Positions 48,750-59,732 of a stretch of DNA of 59,732 bases are shown here, piece after piece. Each line of letters begins with the position of its first letter. The stretch's first letter is position 1. A program made the position numbers and the translations under genes. Source of the DNA: Octopus sinensis. Lineage: Eukaryota. The notes under the pieces were generated by a model. That model worked only from the letters and a program-made list of their open reading frames with translations, had not been told where the DNA came from and made no database searches. The stretch is from assembly GCF_006345805.1 (NCBI RefSeq), contig NW_021832980.1:1-59732 (forward strand), in the 5' to 3' direction.

Positions 48750-49007
48750 TTTTGTCAGCCAGCAGGATGGCAGTTATCAACACAAAGATTGCAGCCCACA
48801 TTTTTTGCAGCTGTGTTGACAGACATTGATGCTGACAGACATTATTGTGCATGCATGACATTCAATGAAGCAGTTGCCATGACACCCACCAAACCAGATG
48901 ATGAAGAGGAAGAACAAGATGGTTCAGGCTTGGTGCATCATTCACTGATGTTTGCTCCTAAAACCATCCTGCTTGTTTCTCGAATGAATAACTTTGAGGC
49001 TTTAAAG
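48750..49007 (+). CDS. SBF2: SBF1/SBF2 coding exon 3 (FCQPAGWQLSTQRLQPTFF...FAPKTILLVSRMNNFEALK)
   Basis: cag| acceptor, |gtaac donor, 258 nt, phase 0-0; FCQP.GW, VLTDIDADRHYCACMTF and FAPK..LVSR are DENN/SBF motifs. Confidence 0.95.
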
Positions 49008-49154
49008 GTAACAGATTGGTATAAAAATTATTCCATTAAATCTATTTGTCTTCAACAAATTTTCATTAGAGATTTTTTGTTTTTGGTGCCATTCCACTCC
49101 ACATCTTCCTTTTATTTAAAAAATAAAGGAGAAATTTTTCGATTCCTTTTTCAG

Positions 49155-49257
49155 AACTGTCTTGGCATCATATATACTGTGTTTATTGAAAATTTACAAT
49201 ATAGTTTGGAAACTATAATTGGCAATATTTTGGGCTGTGTGCATGTTCCGCCTTCTG
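49155..49257 (+). CDS. SBF2: SBF1/SBF2 coding exon 4 (NCLGIIYTVFIENLQYSLETIIGNILGCVHVPPSG)
   Basis: ttttcag| acceptor, |gtaagt donor, 103 nt, phase 0-1; matches recalled [25 protein letters not shown]. Confidence 0.93.
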
Positions 49258-49687
49258 GTAAGTATTTATTTTTTTTTAAAATACAAATCACCTGCTAAAG
49301 TATAAGATTCTTTGTAAATCTATTTTAACCATTGATTTTTGATAGCCACTGATTTCTTGAGTTACATATATTTTAAAATAATGTTTTCAATTTATGTTTT
49401 TGGTTCCTTTTTACCATTATATATTCTCCGATACTTGATTTTGTACACCTTCCAGAAGTAGATATTTTCTGCAATCAAATATATCTTGCATTGTTCTAGT
49501 TGTTCAGTCAGTGGAACTTTACACTATTATCTCAATAAATAAATGCACGAAGACAATACTCTATATTTCTTCCTCATGGAATCTCCTCTTTCCTGATAAG
49601 TACATTTTTATTACTCAGGTCTTATAAAATAGTGAAATAATCAATATTATATATTATTGTTGTTAGTTGCTCTATCATAAGCAATGT

Positions 49688-50072
49688 GGAGGTGCAATGG
49701 CCCAGTGGTTAGGGCAGCGAACTCGCGGTCATAGGATCACGGTTTCGATTCCCAGACCGGGCGTTGTGAGTGTTTATTAAGCGTAAACACCTAAAGCTCC
49801 ACGAGGCTCCGGCAGGGGATGGCGGTGATCCCTGCTGTACTCTTTCACCACAACTTTCTCTCGCTCTTACTTCCTGTTTCTGTTGTACCTGTATTTCAAA
49901 GGACCAGCCTTGTCACTCTCTGTGTGACGCTGAATATCCCAGAGAACTACGTTAAGGGTGCACGTGTCTGTGGAGTGCTCAGCCACTTACACGTTAATTT
50001 CACAAGCAGGCTGTTCCGTTGATTCGGATCAACCGGAACCCTCGTCGTCGTCGTAACTGACGGAGTGCTTCC
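49688..50072 (+). mobile_element. Young tRNA-derived SINE (second family, ~385 bp)
   Basis: A box tggcccagtgg (49698-49708), B box-like ggtttcgattcc (49741-49752), GC-rich body that is not a tRNA cloverleaf. Confidence 0.75.
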
Positions 50073-50442
50073 ATCATAAGCAATGGCATTTGTTCTGAAG
50101 TACACTTTTCTTAGTGTCAGCTAAACACAATCTTATTTATGTTTGCCCAATTAAGTGTGAATGTTTATAGTGCGTGTATGATAAATCATTTTTATTAAAC
50201 TTGTTCAAATTATTCAGTACAAATTATTTCATTGTAATATTTTTAATGAAATAACAGTCCATGTGTTTCAATTAATTCTGAAAATAATCAATTAGATTGA
50301 GTTAGTAAATTTGCCATCACTAGGCCTGTGATAGGAATATAAAACTTTCTGACAATAACAGGTTCAAATTTCGACATGAATACTGGGCAGTTTTGTATCA
50401 TAAAACCAGTTGGATTCATCTCAGAATGGTTACTATTACACC

Positions 50443-50810
50443 TTTTACTTTTTTAAGTCATTTGACTGCAGCCATGCTGGAGCACCACCTTTAGTCGAGC
50501 AAATCAACTCCAGGACTTAGTACTTATTCTATTGGTCTCTTTTGCCGAACCACTAAGTTATGAGGATGTAAACACACCAGCATCGGTTGTCAAGCGATGT
50601 TGGGGAGGGGGACAAACACAGACACACAAACACACACATATATACATATATACGACGGGCTTCTTTCAGTTTCCGTCTACCAAATCCACTCACAAGGCTT
50701 TGGTCAGCCCGAGGCTATAGTAGAAGACACTTGCCCAAGGTGCCACGCAGTAGGACTGAACCTGGAACTATGTGGTTCGTAAGCAAGCTACTTACCACAC
50801 AGCCACTCCT
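50443..50810 (-). mobile_element. tRNA-derived SINE, full length, with internal (TA/CA) spacer
   Basis: Minus strand aggagtggctgtgtggtaag...ggttcagtcc...caccttgggcaag...; at least four other copies in the window. Confidence 0.85.
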
Positions 50811-51448
50811 GTCCTAATTATTTTAAGATTTTAATATAGCTTCTAAACTAAGTATATTTTACCATAAACTCATGACATATTTTACTTTGCAAACATTATT
50901 ATGTATCCAGAAATCACTTAATCAGCTATGCTACATACAGCTTGAGACTGTCTTTATAAACTCATGGGGTAGTCATATAATATTGTCAATCCAAAAGCAA
51001 GTACTACACGCTTTGACAGTGAATAATTTTATTATTGAATATTTTAATTTTTCTGTTTTTGTAAACTTTCTAGTTTTTGTTAGTTGGATTACCAGTAATG
51101 TTACTTACAAAAGTAAATGAGTGAATGAATTAATTTTAATCAGTCTTAAGCACCAGAGTTGATTTTAACTTAAAATAAAAATTTTTGTTATTTTGATGAT
51201 TTGATATAGTCAAAGAGTATTGTATTGATTAGTAGACACACTAATTACTGATTACTATTTTATTTATGTAGTATATAGATGACTACATTGTTATAGACAG
51301 TCTATAAATGGGACTAATTCAATGGTTTCACTATTTTTTACATTTATTTTTATATATTTGCATATTTAATGTTGGTGTTGGATGATTAACTATATATGGT
51401 AATGGGTTTACAAGTTGCTATTACCTGTTGACTGGGACCTTTGATAAT

Positions 51449-51488
51449 TGTATTACTTCTGTGTACTTAAGTACACAGAAGTAATACA
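51449..51488. repeat. Perfect 40-bp palindrome
   Basis: tgtattacttctgtgtactt|aagtacacagaagtaataca. Confidence 0.97.
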
Positions 51489-51826
51489 CATTTCTGCAGA
51501 GAGACATGTTCTATTTTCACTTATTTACTAAAAGCATGAAGCATAGGAAAAACAGAACTCACTCTAAAAATATGCATGTTTGCAAAATCTCCCACTCTTT
51601 TTAACATGTAAAAGTAGGTGTTAAACCAGGGAAAAAATAAACCACAAAAAAAAACATTATAAATGTGATTAATGAATTAGTTTTCTACATCCACCTACAT
51701 TGCAATCATTCTGTAACATCAACTTTCAGCTAAGCTAGATAAATAAAATGATTGTGAGGTTATTGTACAACACATAGTGGAAGTTTTTTTGAAATGTGAT
51801 TTTTTTCTGATTATTTTCTTTCATAG

Positions 51827-51943
51827 GTGGTCCTCAGGTCCGTTTCTCGATTGGTGGTGGTGACCGACAAGCTTTGCAACCTCCACTAAGTAATACTATT
51901 CCTGTCACAAATTCATCAGTTGCATTGCTTTTCAGCCAATTCG
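51827..51943 (+). CDS. SBF2: SBF1/SBF2 coding exon 5 (GGPQVRFSIGGGDRQALQPPLSNTIPVTNSSVALLFSQFG)
   Basis: tag| acceptor, |gtaag donor, 117 nt, phase 1-1; matches recalled [34 protein letters not shown]. Confidence 0.94.
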
Positions 51944-51988
51944 GTAAGCTTTATCATTATTATTATTAGTAGTAGTATTAGTATTATT

Positions 51989-52200
51989 AAGGTGATGAGT
52001 TGATAGAATTGTTAGCATGCTAGGTGAAATGCTTAGCGACATTTTGTCTGTCTTCACATTCAGAGCTCAAATTCCACCAAAGTTGATTTTGCCTTTCATC
52101 ATTTTGGGGTCAATGAAATAAGTACTAGTTAAGTACTGAGGTCGATGTAATCAACTTGCTCCCCCACCTGAAATTGCTAGCCTGTGTCAAAATTTGAAAT
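51989..52200 (+). mobile_element. SINE-like interspersed repeat
   Basis: Same family as 31557-31770. Confidence 0.6.
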
Positions 52201-52469
52201 CATCATCACCATTATTACTACAAAGGCTGCAAGCCAAAAACATGTTCAGTAAAATGTGGCATTTCATCCATATATTTATGTATATATATATATGTGTATG
52301 TATGTGTATATATATATGTGTGTGTGTGTGTTTATATGTATGTATATATATGTATGTGTATATATATATGTGTGTGTGTGTGTTTATATGTATGTATATA
52401 TATATAAGTGTATATATATATGTGTATGTGTGTGTGTATATATATATGTGTGTGACCGTGTGTATATCA

Positions 52470-52651
52470 TTGGCGATCTTTTTCCTCCGTCTTCCCTTCC
52501 TTGGATCTTTCCTTTTCCTATGTTTCTGACGAAGAGCTCCGCTCAAAGCATTAAATCCTCCTTTCTTTGCTTTCCTGAGTGTCCAATAACACAATACTTG
52601 TTTCACATCCTCACGTTGTTGTGTTTTCTCTTTGTGTTTTCATGTTTGGAT

Positions 52652-52660
<9 letters not shown>
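52470..52660 (+). repeat. Penelope-type terminal repeat with hammerhead-like motif; partial copy at ~33770-33850
   Basis: gttt-CTGACGA-agagc-tcc-gctc-aaagcattaaat at 52522-52556; ttcctgag.gtccaataa shared with 33770. Confidence 0.5.
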
Positions 52661-52700
<40 letters not shown>

Positions 52701-52701
52701 A

Positions 52702-53919
52702 TCTACTACATATGTGGAAAATCGGTGTGTGTTTGTTTGTGGTGTTGTTAGCTAACTCCTCCGACATCGTTTTATTGATTTTGATGAAACTTGACACGTG
52801 AGTAGAACTCGTGTCTGGGAATCTTGTGACATACTTAGATTGTTGAAAAAATCAATAATACGGCCCCTGGAAAGAGATCTTTATATCTACCTCATATAAT
52901 TAATTTTTTTTAAACACCCAAGGGAAATAATCCATAGCACCTGCACAATATTTCTTTTAAACACTCAAGGGAAATAACCCTTACTACCTGCAGTTTTTAG
53001 CAAAGCAGTCAATATTTGATTCTCACAATCAGCCGACCTAATTCTGCATTTCACTACTCAGAGTTTTGAACTGCTAAACGTTATTATTGCACTTCCTTGA
53101 TTTGAATCTTAAACCTTAAAGACTTCAGTCACACATTTCTATGCAGACATACTTTTTTGAATGCCCATTACTCCGATAATTCTGCATTTTTACAGTTACA
53201 CTTTTTCCATGACACTAGATAAATTTTTTATTCCACAACGTATTTGTAGTGGCTTCATGCAGGCATAGTGTGGATTCGATCCATGATTGCCAAATTTCTC
53301 TTAACAATTCAGCGCTTTTCTCACAGTAAAACAATAGCTTTTCTGTGAATGACAACAGTTATAGATTTCCCAGAGGCCTTTGCTAAGTAGAATAATGTCT
53401 TTGCCACTTGACCCTTCTAACCTCTTCTAGGCCACCAGGGGATGGAATGGAGATAACAGACCTCCAACGAAATCATTTGTTCTCAACAATATGTCTATCC
53501 TTCTGGCTGCTTTTCCATAGTTATAAGAACAAGAACTCCGTAAGCTAAAGGCAGTTACTGAGAGCGACCATCAGTGAGTGTGAACATTATTATTGCATTT
53601 TCTTCATTTCATTCTTAAACATTAAACACATTCATAAATTTATATACCTATATACTATATTTATATATTACCTTTAATGAATTAGCCTTTATAAAGTTCA
53701 CCTTTAAAATGCCATGATGAGTCAGAGTACTTTCTTGCCAACCTCTGAAAACCTCTCTTGCCAATCTCCAACAATCTCTTCCTCCTCCAGCTGATAATTT
53801 TTGTACTTTTTCACGCTGGAAAATACACCTTTTGTGGCAGTTATAACGAAATTGCTTTCATATATCAGAGTAATAAGGCATTTCAATAGAACATCTTTAG
53901 CCCCGGGTACATCACCTAG
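52702..53919 (+). mobile_element. Non-autonomous Helitron-like element (1218 bp)
   Basis: a|TC start, CTAG|t end, ccccggg near the 3' end, duplicated caagggaaataa.cc motif, flanked by TA-rich tracts. Confidence 0.65.
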
Positions 53920-55245
<1,326 letters not shown>

Positions 55246-55456
55246 GTTTGGGGATGGTCTGTTGCCAATTTAGCCAATGAAAATGCACTATATATTTGGT
55301 GTTCACTTGCTTCAGCTTTATTTTATATTCATTGTATTTTGGCCAGAGTTCTTTCATCACACTTTTGTGACCTCATCAGTAGTTCTTTGCTTTCTTCTTT
55401 CTTTTTTGTGTCATACATATATACATACATATACATATATATATGTATGTATGTAT

Positions 55457-55616
55457 ATCATCATCATCATCATCATCATCATCATCGTTTAGCGTCCGTT
55501 TTCCATGCTAGCATGGGTTGGACGAGTCAACTGTGGTCTGTGAAGCTGGAAGGCTTCGTCAGGCCCAGTCAGATCTGGCAGTGTTTCTACGGCTGGATGT
55601 CCTTCCTAACGCCAAA
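55457..55616 (-). mobile_element. Short RTE 3' end copy with (GAT)n tail
   Basis: Reverse complement of the 13530-13677 RTE terminus. Confidence 0.88.
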
Positions 55617-55750
55617 TATATATGTATATATATGTATATATATATGTATATATATACATATATATATATGTATATATATGTATATATATGTATATATATA
55701 TGTATATATATATATATATATAATATATATATATATATATGTATATGTAT

Positions 55751-55883
55751 AGGAAGGGCATCCAGCTGTAGAAACACTGCCAGATCAGACTGGGCCTGGT
55801 ACAGCCTTCGGGCTTCACAGACTCCAGTTGAACTGTCCAACCCATGCTAGCATGGAGAGCGGACATTAAACGATGATGATGAT
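55751..55883 (+). mobile_element. Short RTE 3' end copy with (GAT)n tail
   Basis: aggaagggcatccagctgtagaaacactgccagat...cccatgctagcatgg...acgatgatgatg. Confidence 0.88.
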
Positions 55884-55913
55884 TGATATATATATATAAT
55901 AATATTATACATA

Positions 55914-55966
<53 letters not shown>

Positions 55967-55969
55967 TAT

Positions 55970-56025
<56 letters not shown>

Positions 56026-56072
56026 ATATACATATATATTATATATATATACATATATATATACATATATAC

Positions 56073-56121
<49 letters not shown>

Positions 56122-56149
56122 ATACATATATATATACATATATATATAC

Positions 56150-56180
<31 letters not shown>

Positions 56181-56224
56181 CAATATTATATATATATACT
56201 AATATATATATATATAACATATAA

Positions 56225-56302
<78 letters not shown>

Positions 56303-56375
56303 TAATATATATATATATATACATATATATAATATACATATATCTATATAATATATACATATATATATAATATTA

Positions 56376-56425
<50 letters not shown>

Positions 56426-56552
56426 CATATAATATATATACATATATATAATATATACAATATATTATATATATATATACATATATATATATAGATATAT
56501 ATATATACATATATTATATATATACATATGTATATATATATATATATATGTA

Positions 56553-56597
<45 letters not shown>

Positions 56598-57110
56598 TAT
56601 ATGTATATATATTATATATATATATATATATTATATATATATATACATATATATATCTATATATATATATACACTACACTCACGGAGTGGTGTGGTTGGC
56701 GTTAGGAAGGGCATCCAGCCGTAGAAACACTGCCAGATTTGACTGGGCCTGATGAAGCCTTCTGGCTTCACGACCCCAGTAGAACCGTCCAACCCATGCT
56801 AGCATGGAAAACGGACGCTAAATGATGATGATGATGATGATGATGATACATATATATATTACATATACATATATATATAAACATATATATATATCATATA
56901 TACATATATATACATATATATATATATACATATATATATATACATATATATATATACACATATACATATATATATATATAATATATATATATACATATAT
57001 ATATATACATATACATATAATATATACATATATATACATATATATATATATATATACATATATATACATATATATATATATACATGTATTATATATATAT
57101 ATACGTATAT
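55884..57110. repeat. (TA)n/(TACA)-rich microsatellite field, interrupted by an RTE 3' end
   Basis: Direct reading. Confidence 0.92.
56668..56846 (+). mobile_element. Short RTE 3' end copy with (GAT)n tail
   Basis: actacactcacggagtgg...ggcgttaggaagggcatcc...ggacgctaaatgatgatg. Confidence 0.88.
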
Positions 57111-57258
57111 TCAGGCCGAAGAACGAAATGTTCCCAGATAAGAGAGTCTTTCTAATCTAATGTTGTGGTTGAGCTGTTTATTATTTATTATTATTACTAT
57201 TATTAGTAGTATTAGTATTGTCCCTGATCCTCGGTCGAAAATTTGCTTATTATTATTG

Positions 57259-57307
<49 letters not shown>

Positions 57308-57616
57308 TTTCAGCTTCGCCTGTATTGCATATTATTCTCCATACAGGGGTTTTTTTCAATGGCGCCCCATTTTCGCGGGGTTCCACTATTCCCTTCTCTC
57401 TCTCCCTCTTTTACGTTGTCTGCCATTCCCCCTCTTCCTTTGCTAAGAGCATTTTTAAGTCAGGCCGAAGAACGAAGAACGAAATGTTCCAAGATAAGAG
57501 AGTCTTTCTAATCTAATGTTGTGGTTGAGCTGTTTATTATTTATTATTATTACTATTATTAGTAGTATTAGTATTGTCCCTTTGATCCTCGGTCGAAAAT
57601 TTGCTTATTATTATTG

Positions 57617-57668
<52 letters not shown>

Positions 57669-57974
57669 TTTCAGCTTCGCCTTGTATTGCATATTATTTC
57701 TCCATACAGGGGTTTTTTTCAATGGCGGCCCATTTTCGCGGGGTTCCACTATTTCCCTTCTCTCTCTCCCTCTTTTACGTTGTCTGCCATTCCCCCTCTT
57801 CCTTTGCTAAGAGCATTTTTAAGTCAGGCCGAAGAACGAAATGTTCCCAAGATAAGAGAGTCTTTCTAATCTAATGTTGTGGTTGAGCTGTTTATTATTT
57901 ATTATTATTACTATTATTAGTAGTATTAGTATTGTCCCTTTGATCCTCGGTCGAAAATTTGCTTATTATTATTG

Positions 57975-58029
<55 letters not shown>

Positions 58030-58718
58030 TTTCAGCTTCGCCTTGTATTGCATATTATTTCTCCATACAGGGTTTTTTTTTCAATGGCGGCCCATTTTCG
58101 CGGGGTTCCACTATTTCCCTTCTCTCTCTCCCTCTTTTACGTTGTCTGCCATTGCCCCTCTTCCTTTGCTAAGAGCATTTTTAAGTCAGGCCGAAGAACG
58201 AAATGTTCCCAAGATAAGAGAAGAGTCTTTCTAATCTAATGTTGTGGTTGAGCTGTTTATTATTTATTATTATTACTATTATTAGTAGTATTAGTATTGT
58301 CCCTTTGATCCTCGGTCGAAAATTTGCTTATTATTATTGTTGTTATTATTATATTATTATTATTATTATTATTTATTATTATTACTATTTCAGCTTCGCC
58401 TTGTATTGCATATTATTTCTCCATACAGGGGTTTTTTCAGTGGCGGCCCATTTTCGCGGGGTTCCACTATTTCCCTCTCTCTCTCCCTCTTTTACGTTGT
58501 CTGCCATTCCCCCTCTTCCTTTGCTAAGAGCATTTTTAAGTCAGGCCGAAGAACGAAATGTTCCCAAGATAGAGAGTCTTTCTAATCTAATGTTGTGGTT
58601 GAGCTGTTTATTATTTATTATTATTACTATTATATAGTAGTATTAGTATTGTCCTTTGATCCTCGGTCGAAAATTGCTTATTATTATTGTTGTTATTATT
58701 ATTATTATTATTATTATA

Positions 58719-58749
<31 letters not shown>

Positions 58750-59407
58750 TTTCAGCTTCGCCTTGTATTGCATATTATTCTCCATACAGGGGTTTTTTCA
58801 ATGGCGGCCCATTTTCGCGGGGTTCCACTATTTCCCTTCTCTCTCTCCCTCTTTTACGTTGTCTGCCATTCCCCCTCTTCCTTTGCTAAGAGCATTTTAA
58901 GTCAGGCCGAAGAACGAAATGTTCCCAAGATAAGAGAGTCTTTCTAATCTATGTTGTGGTGAGCTGTTTATATTTATTATTATTACTATTATTAGTAGTA
59001 TTAGTATTGTCCTTGATCCTCGGTCGAAAATTTGCTTATTATTATTGTTGTTGTGTTATATTATTATATTATTATTATTATTATTATTTATTATTACTAT
59101 TTTCAGCTTCGCCTTGTATTGCATATTATTTCTCCATACAGGGGTTTTTTTTCAATGGCGGCCCATTTTCGCGGGGTTCCACTATTTCCCTTCTCTCTCT
59201 CCCTCTTTTACGTTGTCTGCCATTCCCCCTCTTCCTTTGCTAAGAGCATTTTTAAGTCAGGCCGAAGAACGAAATGTTCCCAAGATAAGAGAGTCTTTCT
59301 AATCTAATGTTGTGGTTGAGCTGTTTATTATTTATTATTATTACTATTATTAGTAGTATTAGTATTGTCCCTTTGATCCTCGGTCGAAAATTTGCTTATT
59401 ATTATTG

Positions 59408-59462
<55 letters not shown>

Positions 59463-59619
59463 TTTCAGCTTCGCCTTGTATTGCATATTATTTCTCCATA
59501 CAGGGGTTTTTTTTCAATGGCGGCCCATTTTCGCGGGGGGTTCCACTATTTCCCTTCTCTCTCTCCTCTTTTACGTTGTCTGCCATTCCCCCTCTTCCTT
59601 TGCTAAGAGCATTTTTAAG
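57111..59619. repeat. Tandem array of seven ~349-364-bp units, each with internal (TTA)n tracts
   Basis: Unit starts (tcaggccgaag) at 57111, 57460, 57824, 58186, 58541, 58902, 59257. Confidence 0.96.
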
Positions 59620-59732
59620 CCAGCCAGTCATATTCCCGGTGCACCTGCCTTGCCCACCCCCACCACAATACGGATATCTCTATATTTTTGCTCCACCTAT
59701 ACCGGATGTCGCTTCTCCCACCACCATTATAG

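Noticed and set aside
49688-49760. tRNA gene
   Set aside because: A and B boxes are present, but there is no cloverleaf or terminator and the sequence continues into a SINE body.
57111-59619. CRISPR-like or coding interpretation of the array (poly-Y/L/I ORFs)
   Set aside because: Whole units repeat with no unique spacers, no cas genes are present, the context is eukaryotic, and the ORFs derive from (TTA)n.

Overview
AT-rich, repeat-dense eukaryotic DNA, most likely an octopus (coleoid cephalopod), inferred from the SINE, RTE and microsatellite repertoire rather than proven. The only host gene recognised is an SBF1/SBF2 (MTMR5/MTMR13, N-terminal DENN domain) orthologue on the + strand. Four coding exons with canonical AG/GT sites lie at 34616-34701, 48750-49007, 49155-49257 and 51827-51943; its first coding exon was not found and probably lies upstream. 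The rest is intronic or flanking DNA holding two Gypsy-type LTR elements that both lack RT/RNase H, a near-intact RTE LINE with a PHD finger inside its RT, two mariners, an IR/DR Tc1, several Penelope-like remnants with degenerate hammerhead-like motifs, non-autonomous Helitrons, tRNA-derived SINEs, a ~615-bp spacerless palindrome, TA-rich satellites and a 7 x ~360-bp tandem array. No prokaryote-type system (CRISPR, operon) is present. Most ORF-track entries are low-complexity artefacts, and homopolymer indels suggest long-read errors in places.
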